Positions 25,978 to 34,962 of a stretch of 34,962 bases of DNA are shown here, one piece after another. Source of the stretch: Candidatus Hadarchaeota archaeon (lineage in GTDB: Archaea; CAYQAE01; CAYVLA01); contig CAYVLA010000025.1 of the NCBI GenBank assembly GCA_964452145.1, positions 1-34,962 of the forward strand, written 5' to 3'. The first letter of the stretch is position 1. Every line of letters begins with the position of its first letter. Both the position numbers and the translations under genes were made by a program. The notes under the pieces were generated by a model. That model was not told the DNA's origin. It ran no database searches and saw only the letters and a program-made list of their open reading frames with translations.

Positions 25978-28020
25978 TCAGGGTTTGCGAGCATCCCGGG
26001 AAGGATCGGCGTGGGAAGATCGGGCGCGGATTCGGAGAACCCAGAGCAATGGCAGAGCCCCCAGCAAGCCGGCAGCGAAATCCCTGGGCATCTCGGGTAT
26101 CTTAGCCTCCAGATCCTGAATTCTACCCCGCAGCTGGGCGATCAGCGACAAAAGGTACTGGATCGACCGCTCTAGCTGTGCCTTGTCCGAGGCCAGCCTC
26201 GCCACCGACTGATTCAGGCTGGTGACCTGGCCCTTCAGCCGCTCCACCTCCTCCTGGAGGCGTGAGCTGAGATTGCCACAAATCGACAAAGCCTCGACAA
26301 GATCGTCCCTCTCGGCCGAGAGCGCATGGATTTGACCAAGCAGCCGGGCCCTCTCATCGCGGAGCTCCTCGACCGTCCCTGTCAGCACGTCCTTCTCTGC
26401 CCTCAGCTGTTGCACGAGAAGCGCGAGGATGGAGTTGTTCGCCTGGACGGATTCAAGCATCGAAGTGATCACCGCCAGCTGGTCCTCCAAGTCCCTGATG
26501 GTCTGGTTGAGCTCCTCGACAAGCGCCAGCAGCCTTTGCAGTTCCAACTCGCACCAGGACGGCAGTATCCTGAAGCTCCACGCCGCTGGCGTCGGGTCCA
26601 CATCGCCCTTGTTATCCCTGGATCTGACTTCGAAGGTGTGGTTACCCGATGTCAGGTTGGTGTAGCTCACGCTCGTCGCGGTAGTGCTGGACCAAGATCC
26701 GCCGTCGAGTCTGAGGTCGTAGGAGACCACGTACCCATCCGGGTCACTGCCCTGCCACACGAAGGTGACATCGCGGATGCGCGTTGTGGCGTTTGGCCCG
26801 GACAGGATCTGGGTATCTGGAGGTTGGTTGAGGAGAACAGTGAACTGGCGGCTGTCCGGGCTCGGGTCCCATATTCCATCGTCGTCCTCGGCCGCCACTT
26901 GGAATCGGTACGTCCCGTTCTGAAGGTCGAGGAACCAGACTGATGTGTGGTTGGTTGTGACCCACGGACCTGAATCCATCCTGTAGTGATATGTGCGTAC
27001 CAACCCGTCGAGATCCGAGCCGATCCAGGCGAAGCGCACTGTCCCGTTGTCCACGACCGACGGGGGTCCGTAGGTGATCCAGGTTTCGGGCGGAATTGCG
27101 GCATAGATCGGATACACATGGAAGGTCGCCGAATGCCTGTAGGGTCCTAGAACCACTCCAACGGTGTAGGGATGGGTGTAGTTGGCCGGGAACGCCGAGC
27201 CGTTTGCCGGGATCACGCTCTGCGCTGCCCACCCCCCGTCCCCGACATAATAGACGGGCACCTGGTACGTCGCGATAGTCGTGCCATCGGTACGATTCCA
27301 TTGAACCTGGGCAGTTGAGACGCCGGTCGTGTTGCCGGGCGGAAGAACTACGAGCGTCGCGTTGAACAGCGTCGTGGGTATGGGGGTGTCGAAGAAGAAC
27401 GGGGTGAACCGGCCTAGCTGGTCTGATATCGACACCGGGAACAGGGACCCGGACGGGACTCTGAAGAACATCCAGGGAACGTTCGGATTGCCAGCGGGGC
27501 TTTCCCAGGAAGACCCACCGGAAAGCGTTCCACTGACGTTGATGCGCATCTGGTACAGGCCGGGCAGGCCTTCAGGGTCGTAACTCTGTATGAACAGATG
27601 GTACGTGTACTCGCCAACGGTCTGCACATTTGAGAGGCTTATGGTAACGTTCCAAACCGGGGAGGACCCGGGAAACAGGTGACCGCTGGCGTTGAAACCG
27701 TTGGCATCGCTTGTGTTCCGGTAGATGATGAAGGTACAGTTCAACCTATCTGCGGGATCCGAACTCCTGATGACGTAGGCTATGTTCAGAGAGGAATGCC
27801 TATAGGTGAGATTGAGCCTCCTGGAGCCGGTATCGTTGTACTGATCCCACGTTTCGACGCCGGCTCCCTCCTCCTTGATCCAGGCTCTCTCGGCCTGGAG
27901 ATATTCCGGCGGTGGCGGCACAAGCGGCGACGATATCGGCATATGCGCCAAGACGCCCAGAGCCAGCACCGAGACGATGATCACCGCCTTGATCATGCGG
28001 TCCAACAAGCCTTTCCCCAT
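25978..28020 (-). CDS. Cell-surface glycoprotein: signal peptide, beta-rich domains, two Y_Y_Y/Ig-like repeats, long coiled coil and a C-terminal IPE-TM-basic anchor
   Basis: MIKAVIIVSVLALGVLA signal; 22 N-x-S/T sequons; two 90-aa repeats; heptad coiled coil of about 150 aa; KIPEMPRDFAAGLLGALPLLWVLRIRAR. ATG 28020 is preferred over 28086. Confidence 0.8.
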   Translation of the reverse strand: MGKGLLDRMIKAVIIVSVLALGVLAHMPISSPLVPPPPEYLQAERAWIKEEGAGVETWDQYNDTGSRRLNLTYRHSSLNIAYVIRSSDPADRLNCTFIIYRNTSDANGFNASGHLFPGSSPVWNVTISLSNVQTVGEYTYHLFIQSYDPEGLPGLYQMRINVSGTLSGGSSWESPAGNPNVPWMFFRVPSGSLFPVSISDQLGRFTPFFFDTPIPTTLFNATLVVLPPGNTTGVSTAQVQWNRTDGTTIATYQVPVYYVGDGGWAAQSVIPANGSAFPANYTHPYTVGVVLGPYRHSATFHVYPIYAAIPPETWITYGPPSVVDNGTVRFAWIGSDLDGLVRTYHYRMDSGPWVTTNHTSVWFLDLQNGTYRFQVAAEDDDGIWDPSPDSRQFTVLLNQPPDTQILSGPNATTRIRDVTFVWQGSDPDGYVVSYDLRLDGGSWSSTTATSVSYTNLTSGNHTFEVRSRDNKGDVDPTPAAWSFRILPSWCELELQRLLALVEELNQTIRDLEDQLAVITSMLESVQANNSILALLVQQLRAEKDVLTGTVEELRDERARLLGQIHALSAERDDLVEALSICGNLSSRLQEEVERLKGQVTSLNQSVARLASDKAQLERSIQYLLSLIAQLRGRIQDLEAKIPEMPRDFAAGLLGALPLLWVLRIRARSSHADPSRDARKP
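26554..27093 (-). repeat. Tandem 270-nt (90-aa) domain duplication (PPET/PPDT...DPSP/DPTP)
   Basis: Units start at 27093 and 26823: PPETWITYGP..FAWIGSDLDG..YRMDSGPW..GTYRFQVAAEDDDG.DPSP versus PPDTQILSGP..FVWQGSDPDG..LRLDGGSW..GNHTFEVRSRDNKG.DPTP. Confidence 0.85.
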
Positions 28021-28040
28021 TCTATATGCCCCTCTTTGCC

Positions 28041-28046
28041 TTATAA
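28041..28046 (-). promoter_or_regulatory. Candidate TATA box (TTATAA) for the surface protein gene
   Basis: 21-26 nt upstream of ATG 28020. Confidence 0.45.
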
Positions 28047-28209
28047 GGGTATGGCAGGACGTAGCATTCCCCGCCTGCGAGCGCACTCCCGACGGACTGA
28101 AGGCGGATCGTTGGTGGAGGCGGGCCGTGCTTCATGGCATCAGGCCCCTGCCGCCACCGCGCTGACGAACTGGGTGCAGGCTGGTGAATGTGATCGGGCT
28201 GTGTTCCTT

Positions 28210-28224
28210 GAAAACGTATTTATC
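28210..28224 (+). promoter_or_regulatory. Candidate archaeal BRE + TATA promoter (GAAAACG-TATTTATC)
   Basis: A-rich BRE-like run followed by TATTTAT centred about 26 nt upstream of ATG 28246, which fits a leaderless transcript. Confidence 0.5.
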
Positions 28225-28245
28225 GCCGTCTACGGGGCTGTGGCC

Positions 28246-31149
28246 ATGGCAGTGCCCGGTGTGAAATGGAAGCGTGAGCTCAGCCCCTACACAATCATCG
28301 GGGACATCAACATCGTCGGCCTCAAGGGAAACGCTCGGCCCAACATTCTCGTCGCCACCAGCGATGACGGATGCCTGCACTGCCTGGACGCCGACGGCAG
28401 CGATCTGTGGGTGTTCCAGCGCGCGGGAGAAAGGCTGGCAAGCACGATCTCGGTCTGTGAGCCCAAGAACCGAGAACCAGACAAGCTCCTGCTGGTGGCC
28501 GCGCGCGCCCGGGCGATCTACGCTCTTGACGCGAATGGTCAGACCAGATGGGAACGATCACTCCCGGCCTTCTGCATCTTCGGCGGTCCGGCGGCAGCAG
28601 GACCGCCGAATGCCCAGATGATATTGCACGGGGGAGATGCGGGGAGGCTCTTCTGCTTGGACACAGACGGAAACCTTCTATGGTTCTACAGGGCAGGAGG
28701 GGCCATTCATCAAGCAGCCTCGGCGGGCGATGTGGACGGCGACGGACGAACCGAGATATTCTTCGGAAGCCAAGACACTTACCTCTACAGCCTCCGAGAC
28801 GATGGCAGCCTCAGATGGAGGTACAAGACCCGCAGCATCGGCGACGGGATCGCGTCAAGGCCAATCCTATGTGATATCGATCTGGACGGGATCGTCGAGG
28901 TCGTATTTGGCTCCTGGGACCATCACGTGTACTGCCTGGATGCCGTCACGGGAGCACTCAGGTGGGAAACCGAGCTGAAGGGTCGGATCCGCAGCGGGGT
29001 CTGTGTATCCGATCTGGATGGGGACGGAAGGCAGGAGGTCTTGGCAGGAGATGAGTTCGGGCTTGCCTGCCTTGCCAGCGACGGGCGGTTGATCTGGGAG
29101 TTCCGCGAAGAGGGACGGGAGATGATCGTTCCGGCGTCACCCGTCGTCGCAGACATCACAGGCGACGGCAGGCCGGATGTGGTGTTTGGCACGCAGAGCG
29201 GCTTCCTCTACGCCCTGGACCACAAGGGAAAGCTCATCTGGAGCATGCCCCTAGGCGAGGACCAGATTGAGGCTGCGCCTTTGGTCGCGGATCTGGACTG
29301 TGATGGTTACCTGGAGGTCGTTTATGGAACCTCAACCGGGAAGGTCGTCTGCCTTCAGACCCAGGGCAAGGCCTCCTCGCGACCTCCCTGGCCGATGGGC
29401 AACGGTAATCCCAATCTCAACCCCGCGCTCATCCCCCAGGGAGCTGGAAAGGGCACAGGCAGCACGCTTGCCCTGGGCGAACCCGTTGTCTCGGTGGACT
29501 CGATCGAGGGATCAATCAGTTTATCGCCAGGAAGAGAGACTGTGGGAAGATCGGGCGTGAGGATCTGGTGGGAGACCAAGCCCGACCATCGCAGCCTGAG
29601 GGAGGCATCCCCTCTTCACCTCTTCATGGAGTCATCCGATCCCGATCGTCTCGTGAGGGGCGAGCTCTTAGTCAGGATGGCCGGCGGGGAGGGCAAGGAG
29701 ACCACGCTTCGGACCGCGGTATCCCCCCCGACGGGTAGCACCGCCGTAGAGATCGGCCTAGGCGGTCTTCCGCCTGAATACGGGCGCTGGACGATCTCCG
29801 TCGAGTACCGGCCCATCGGAGGCGAGATCGAGTTCGGGCCCGAGCTGACCCTGAGACGCATCGAGCGGAGAGAGCTCCTTGAGAGGATCGGGACGATCAG
29901 GAAGAGACTGACGGAACTCGACGCAAATCCAAGGAATGCCTCAGAAGATATGACAAGGACTCTCATCTGGAGATGCCTTGCCTATGCGCAGACCGATGCG
30001 GAAGGGGAGGCAATCGGTCGCGCCGAGACGATGGTCTCGGAGATGGAGAAGTGGATCACGGAGAATGGCTTTGCCTGGAGCCCCCCCGCCAAACCCCCCT
30101 CTCAAAGGCTGGCACTGCGCGATGACGGCACGGTCCTGGTAGACGGCAAGCCCTTCTTTCCTCTTGGCCTCTACAACGTCAGTGAGGCCTCGGATGTGGA
30201 GGAGCTGGCCCGCCTAGGATTCAACACGGTCTTCAACAGCGGAAATGAGGAGTTTCTGGACGCATGCGACCGATCAGACGTGATGTTCATCGCCCACGGA
30301 CCCGGGGAGAATATGCAGAACTTCTCCAGCCTCGTCAGAGTCCGGAGGCACATGGAGGAGGTATACTGGCGCCCGAGTCTCCTTGCGTGGTATGTCGTGG
30401 ACGAGCCCTCTCTGAGGAGCGTGCCCGTAGAGGTCATACGCAGGGCATCGGATCTAGTCAAGACGATCGACCCGCACCACCTCACTCTGATATGCGACGG
30501 CGCCCCCTACCGCAGCAAGCCTTACCAGAGCCTGGCCGATGTGGCTTGCCCGGCACACTACCCGATATGGAAGCAGCAATCCCTGACCTTGGTGGCTAGA
30601 TGCTTGGATGAGACGGTTTCCGCGATCGGAGACGAGCAACCCTTGTGGTTCGTTGTCCAAGCCTTTACCTGGAGGAACATAAGGTTTCCCACCGTCCAGG
30701 AGGAAAGGTGCATGACGTACCTGGCCGTCATACACGGAGCCAGGGGGATATCATGGTACGCCTACAAGTACCCCAACAAGGAGATACTTCTGTCGGTCTT
30801 CGGCAACTCACCGGAACTGTGGCATGAGATACTGCGCGAGGTCAGGGAATTGAACGAGCTTGCGTCCATTCTGGTGGGCAGACGGCCCCGTGCACATGTG
30901 GAGCAGGTGGGTCTGGGTCGCCTCGACTGGTGCGTTGTTGAGAGAGGCGACCAGGTGCTCGTCATGGTCTGCAACCCTAGCAGGACCGAGGTATCGCATG
31001 CCTTGGCCGTCGGCGAGATGGAGGATGTCGAAGTGCTCTGGGAGGGACGATCGCTGGGCGATGTGCACGGCAGCCTTGCGGACGTGTTCCCACCGATGTC
31101 CGTCCGCGTCTACCGGGGAAGAAGGCCGTCGAACACCGGCGTCACCTGA
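28246..31149 (+). CDS. FG-GAP/PQQ-like beta-propeller fused to a glycoside-hydrolase-like TIM barrel
   Basis: Repeats GDVDGDGRTEI, CDIDLDGIVEV, SDLDGDGRQEV, ADITGDGRPDV, ADLDCDGYLEV and LYALD..G...W; C-terminal LVDGKPFFPLGLY, GFNTV, LLAWYVVDEP, DPHH, PLWFVVQAF, YLAVIHGARGISWY. ORF track start 27679 overlaps the opposite-strand gene, so ATG 28246 is preferred. Confidence 0.82.
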   Translation: MAVPGVKWKRELSPYTIIGDINIVGLKGNARPNILVATSDDGCLHCLDADGSDLWVFQRAGERLASTISVCEPKNREPDKLLLVAARARAIYALDANGQTRWERSLPAFCIFGGPAAAGPPNAQMILHGGDAGRLFCLDTDGNLLWFYRAGGAIHQAASAGDVDGDGRTEIFFGSQDTYLYSLRDDGSLRWRYKTRSIGDGIASRPILCDIDLDGIVEVVFGSWDHHVYCLDAVTGALRWETELKGRIRSGVCVSDLDGDGRQEVLAGDEFGLACLASDGRLIWEFREEGREMIVPASPVVADITGDGRPDVVFGTQSGFLYALDHKGKLIWSMPLGEDQIEAAPLVADLDCDGYLEVVYGTSTGKVVCLQTQGKASSRPPWPMGNGNPNLNPALIPQGAGKGTGSTLALGEPVVSVDSIEGSISLSPGRETVGRSGVRIWWETKPDHRSLREASPLHLFMESSDPDRLVRGELLVRMAGGEGKETTLRTAVSPPTGSTAVEIGLGGLPPEYGRWTISVEYRPIGGEIEFGPELTLRRIERRELLERIGTIRKRLTELDANPRNASEDMTRTLIWRCLAYAQTDAEGEAIGRAETMVSEMEKWITENGFAWSPPAKPPSQRLALRDDGTVLVDGKPFFPLGLYNVSEASDVEELARLGFNTVFNSGNEEFLDACDRSDVMFIAHGPGENMQNFSSLVRVRRHMEEVYWRPSLLAWYVVDEPSLRSVPVEVIRRASDLVKTIDPHHLTLICDGAPYRSKPYQSLADVACPAHYPIWKQQSLTLVARCLDETVSAIGDEQPLWFVVQAFTWRNIRFPTVQEERCMTYLAVIHGARGISWYAYKYPNKEILLSVFGNSPELWHEILREVRELNELASILVGRRPRAHVEQVGLGRLDWCVVERGDQVLVMVCNPSRTEVSHALAVGEMEDVEVLWEGRSLGDVHGSLADVFPPMSVRVYRGRRPSNTGVT

Positions 31150-34100
31150 CCCTCTTGTACTCCGTCCTGCCCATGTAGAACAGCTTGGCATAGGCCCAGA
31201 ATCGGGGTTCGCCTGCCCGGCGCCCTCTCAAGCCGAACCTCAGGACCTGGAAGGACTTTGGCGGGATGTGGAAGGCCTGGACACCGGGCACCATCTCGGC
31301 AAGGCTGTAGTCCCCGACCTCCCGCGGGGACCAGTACTCCATCGGCACAATCAGGGCCAGCCCCCCGTCCACCCTTTCGTTGTAAGGATTTTCGATGCGG
31401 ACGAGAACATCGTCACCCTGGCGGAAAACCGACCAGGTGAGGGCCCTTTCGATTTGGATCTTCAAAACATCCTGGTACACCGATCCGCCCCCGGAGTAGG
31501 TCAGCCGGCTCTGCTCGCCGATCTCGATGACGTCCTCGTAGACCTGGCCCTCGTGGAGCATCCTGACCCTGAACAATCCCGTTCTCCTAAGACCCGAGAA
31601 GGATAGCACCACATCGTATGACCTGTGGCTCTGAGGCGGCACCTCGTACCACAGCGTCCCGGGGACAACCCTCCAACCCTCGGGTGCTTCCAGAACTGCG
31701 TGTCCCGATATGGCCCTGTCAACGTAGTTGTTCACGATGTCAACCCAGACCCGGTTGATCGTGGTCCCTCTTCCCCCCGCCTCGGTGACCGGGGAGCCCT
31801 GGATGGACAAGACGACCGCCTGGTTCCCGATGGGGGCCGGACCCAGGTTCTCCCTCCAGTACCGGGCATAGATCGGCTGTACGACCTCCTCCACCTCGAC
31901 ACCGGTCGGAGATATGTCTGCAGCCGTCTTGGGTTTGACCTCAAACGTCTCAACGGAGAAAGGCCCGATCGTCGCCTTGAAGGAATCGCCACAGACCTCA
32001 ACTGGAGACACTCGGTTCTCAAGAAGATCGGTCCTCCAGGCTGCCTCCAGCGGGAGGGACAGTCTGAAGGTCGCCTCCACGGCTCTGCCCTCCGCCTCGT
32101 AGACCCTTATGATCAGTCCCCTGGATGCATCCGAGCAGGAGCTCTGGAACGCGGCGACGGGATTCCCGATAGGCTTGAGCGCCGCGATCACAACGTTCTC
32201 GGGCGAGACCTGCAGCAGGGAATGCACCGGCGGCAGGACTCCATTGTGCGGGGCTCCCTGATGACACAACAAAGGCAGATTGTACTCCCAGCCACGCCGA
32301 TACGATCCTGCCTCCCTCCAGCTTCCGCCGTGAGGATACAGGGCGTAGTGGAAGACGTGGTCCTTCCTCTCGGGAATGAACTCCTCTTCAAGGTGAACCC
32401 GCGACCAGTTGGAGGTGTGCTTCAGAAAAATCGACATGGTTCCATCCGGCTCGACCGTGTTGGCCATGCTTCCCCTATTCAGAACGCTCACCCCATAATC
32501 CTCCACGCCCGTTGGTCCGAGATGGTTTGCGTGACCCGGCACGATCATGTCTCCGGAACGCAGACCGTCGACGAGGAAGTCAACCGCGCTCTCCAGTAAC
32601 TGGGAATCCTCGGCCTCCACAATCAGGACGGGTACCGGATTCCATCCCTCGGGCACGTTGCGGTCGAGCATCGCCACGAAATCGAAACCCAGCCTTCGTA
32701 CCCTGTCCGTGAACATCTTCAGCGAGCCTTTGTCCAGCTCCTTGAGCAGGGCGAGCGAGTAGGAGTTGTTCCCGCCGGCACCGATCGATATCCTGAAGTT
32801 CGTGCAATCCAGGTCCTCGTTCTTCGTGGAGGCTTCGGTGGAGTCTCCATCTGCCAACCCGCTCCTCCTCGGTGCGTCGTCGTCATCGAACCAAGGAGTG
32901 GTGAGGACACCTCTGTTGGCAAGCGCCCTCTGCAGACGGCCGGAGGCGATCTGGGCTTCCTTGGCATGGGGCATCACCAGTAGAACGGAGCCCAAAGGAC
33001 ATGAAGACACCATCCGGGCTTGATGGTCCACGAAACGTATCTTGGTGGTCGAGCCCATATCGAAGAAGTTCTGGGACGAGTGGATTACGCAGTCCGAGAA
33101 GGCATCGCCCCTCCAGGTTCGGTACTCGAATGCCCTCCTTCCGCGGTGCTTGACCACGGCGCCGAACCTCTCCTCGTAGGTCGGCACGGCACCGACCAAT
33201 CCCGTCGGGAAGAGGACCACGAACAGGTCGTCCCGGCCGCGGTAATCCCTTATCTCGGTCCTGAAATCGATCCTCTTGAGTCCCTGTCTCAGCCTCGTCT
33301 CGCGAATGACCTCACAGTACTCGCCGAGCTTTCCAGCGACGACGATCCTGGAGGTCGGGCCACATTCCTCGACGCTGATCTTCGCAGGGAAGTCCCGGCT
33401 GAACATCATCTCTCCAGTGGTGTACAGCTCCCATGATGGCTCGTTTCGCTCGCCCTTCTCCTTCAATACAGCGATCTCGTTGCCCAGGTGTGAGCTTCCG
33501 GTCGAGATCACCTCCTTTCCGTGCTCCTTGTCCAAGATGCTGGAAGCGCCTCCTCCCCGGGCGGGATCGACGGTGACCCTGTAGAACTCGTTCTCGATGC
33601 CGGCGGCATCCTGCCTTGCCCTCCACCTTGGCAGCGAACCCTCGTCGGAGGGTCTGACCTGATATGTCACATAGCCGACGGGCGGGACATCGCGGGCGAC
33701 GAACTCAATGGTGGCCGACAAGACGCCTTTGTCGTCCTCTTCAACGTCCAGCATGCAGAAAGGCAGTTTCTTCCCGCTCGGGTCGACCAGCTCAAACGAT
33801 GCTGCGGGCTTTCGGAACGTGATCTTCGCCTTGGCCAAATCTATTCGTGCCCAGTTGAGGGTGTTAAACACCAGAAGCGGCATCCCCTCGAAGCCCGATA
33901 GATCGACTTTGGAGGCGAGGTGTTCCAAGGCCCTTTCCGTGGCGTGTGTGACCAGGCCCAAGGCCTCCCTGTAGCCTTGTAGCATGTCCAGGTATGACTT
34001 GTCGCACGAAGTGCCCGTGATGGCGTCGTGGTGGGAGTTGAAGAGCAACTGCCTCCACGCCTTGTCCAAGGCGAGATCCGGGTAGGATCCGCCCATGAGA

Positions 34101-34960
34101 GAGGACCAGGTGGATAGCAGCTCGGCGTTGTACAGCCCGACCTCTCCCAGCCTGTTTGCGATCTTCAGCTCGATGCGTGACTGGGACGTTCCAATATGGT
34201 ACTGACTCGGATCCCTCGAGGTCAGAGGTATCCAAGCCCCAAGGGATTCGTCTCGGAGGATTCGGTCGAAAAAGCCAGCTGGATCCCCGACTTCCACCCT
34301 GGGTAGGAGGGCCTTCAATTCGGCCGACATGCCAACCATCCAGGCCGTCGGGGACTTGAAGTCGTTGCAGTCCATCCTCAGATCGGCGCTGTAGCCCAGC
34401 GACAGCATCTCGGCCAAACCGCTATAGGCCCTCGCCCTCATCTCGTTAAGCCCGCCGGTGGTGAATCCGTAGTCCTCGCGCCTGTGCACGACGCTGGTGC
34501 CGTCCAGTGACATGTGCCTGAACACAGGCGGGAAGCCCTTCACAGTCTTGGACCAGACGACGCCTGAATTCCCGGTCTTCGCCAAGATCTGGGAGAGCTG
34601 AACGATATGGCCGAACACATCCCATGCGTGGTAGATGCGCGGAGTGATACCGAAGTAGGCGCTGGAGAAGAGCTTTCCGTACAGTATGTTGCGAATGAGC
34701 TGTTCGCCGGAGATGTTCTTCTCATTGGGCTCGTTGTAGGATCCGCCGGGAATGACCCTGCCCTCCCGTGCCAGGGCCACCAGGTAGTCCCTGTCTTTCG
34801 GGTAGAAGTCGAGATAGGGCTTCAGATAGTCGATCTCATGCAGGATCACCTTGAAATCGGGGTCGGCTCTGCAGAAGTTGAGATACTGGGCAACGTTGTG
34901 GAGGGAGATGTCGTTGTACATCGATTGGGTGTTGGTCCATATCGGGTCGCAATGAAAACC
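31142..34960 (-). CDS. GH38 alpha-mannosidase, long form with a C-terminal NEW3-like domain (5' truncated by window edge)
   Basis: Frame open to the window end: GFHCDPIWTNTQ (Zn ligands), GGSYNEP, HAWDVFGH (nucleophile Asp), CNDF, AWRQLLFNSHHDAITGT, VFNTLNWAR, IENEFYRV, HVFHYALYPH, IIRVYE, LEAPEGW. Confidence 0.92.
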   Translation of the reverse strand, partial: GFHCDPIWTNTQSMYNDISLHNVAQYLNFCRADPDFKVILHEIDYLKPYLDFYPKDRDYLVALAREGRVIPGGSYNEPNEKNISGEQLIRNILYGKLFSSAYFGITPRIYHAWDVFGHIVQLSQILAKTGNSGVVWSKTVKGFPPVFRHMSLDGTSVVHRREDYGFTTGGLNEMRARAYSGLAEMLSLGYSADLRMDCNDFKSPTAWMVGMSAELKALLPRVEVGDPAGFFDRILRDESLGAWIPLTSRDPSQYHIGTSQSRIELKIANRLGEVGLYNAELLSTWSSLMGGSYPDLALDKAWRQLLFNSHHDAITGTSCDKSYLDMLQGYREALGLVTHATERALEHLASKVDLSGFEGMPLLVFNTLNWARIDLAKAKITFRKPAASFELVDPSGKKLPFCMLDVEEDDKGVLSATIEFVARDVPPVGYVTYQVRPSDEGSLPRWRARQDAAGIENEFYRVTVDPARGGGASSILDKEHGKEVISTGSSHLGNEIAVLKEKGERNEPSWELYTTGEMMFSRDFPAKISVEECGPTSRIVVAGKLGEYCEVIRETRLRQGLKRIDFRTEIRDYRGRDDLFVVLFPTGLVGAVPTYEERFGAVVKHRGRRAFEYRTWRGDAFSDCVIHSSQNFFDMGSTTKIRFVDHQARMVSSCPLGSVLLVMPHAKEAQIASGRLQRALANRGVLTTPWFDDDDAPRRSGLADGDSTEASTKNEDLDCTNFRISIGAGGNNSYSLALLKELDKGSLKMFTDRVRRLGFDFVAMLDRNVPEGWNPVPVLIVEAEDSQLLESAVDFLVDGLRSGDMIVPGHANHLGPTGVEDYGVSVLNRGSMANTVEPDGTMSIFLKHTSNWSRVHLEEEFIPERKDHVFHYALYPHGGSWREAGSYRRGWEYNLPLLCHQGAPHNGVLPPVHSLLQVSPENVVIAALKPIGNPVAAFQSSCSDASRGLIIRVYEAEGRAVEATFRLSLPLEAAWRTDLLENRVSPVEVCGDSFKATIGPFSVETFEVKPKTAADISPTGVEVEEVVQPIYARYWRENLGPAPIGNQAVVLSIQGSPVTEAGGRGTTINRVWVDIVNNYVDRAISGHAVLEAPEGWRVVPGTLWYEVPPQSHRSYDVVLSFSGLRRTGLFRVRMLHEGQVYEDVIEIGEQSRLTYSGGGSVYQDVLKIQIERALTWSVFRQGDDVLVRIENPYNERVDGGLALIVPMEYWSPREVGDYSLAEMVPGVQAFHIPPKSFQVLRFGLRGRRAGEPRFWAYAKLFYMGRTEYKRVR

Positions 34961-34962
34961 CG

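Noticed and set aside
27679..28245. 189-aa N-terminal extension of the propeller/GH ORF
   Set aside because: It overlaps the opposite-strand surface protein gene and is not protein-like; a promoter-like element sits just before ATG 28246.
31625..32599. 324-aa plus-strand ORF
   Set aside because: Antisense shadow of the GH38 gene.
1..34962. CRISPR array, rRNA, tRNA, transposase, integrase, reverse transcriptase
   Set aside because: No regularly spaced repeats or recognisable motifs were found on reading either strand; short diverged elements could have been missed by eye.

Overview
GC-rich window, most likely from an archaeon. This is an inference from TATA-like boxes 20-45 nt upstream of starts, an archaeal-type MATE N-terminus, a sequon-rich surface glycoprotein with an IPE-TM-basic tail, and archaeal-style wHTH/RelE genes; a TACK lineage such as Bathyarchaeia or Brockarchaeota is plausible but unverified. 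Both flanks are carbohydrate-degradation blocks: a clan GH-A-like multidomain protein, GH106-like, divergent GH95-like, six-hairpin glycosidase, FG-GAP propeller/TIM-barrel fusion and GH38 alpha-mannosidase, plus a CocE/NonD esterase, PHP hydrolase, nitrilase-family enzyme, Zn-dehydrogenase and AKR-like protein. Between them (about 17.4-22.9 kb) is a patchwork accessory region with a methyltransferase, a wHTH + disrupted RelE-like toxin-antitoxin pair, a SnoaL/NTF2 protein, a wHTH-GNAT-like regulator, gene remnants and a stand-alone Cys-containing RyR-domain protein. No rRNA, tRNA, CRISPR array, integrase or transposase was recognised. The best candidates for novelty are the orphan glycosidases with altered catalytic motifs, the stand-alone RyR protein, the stalked surface glycoprotein, and two genes whose conserved N-termini lack a canonical start codon. 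All family calls come from motif recognition by eye, not database searches.
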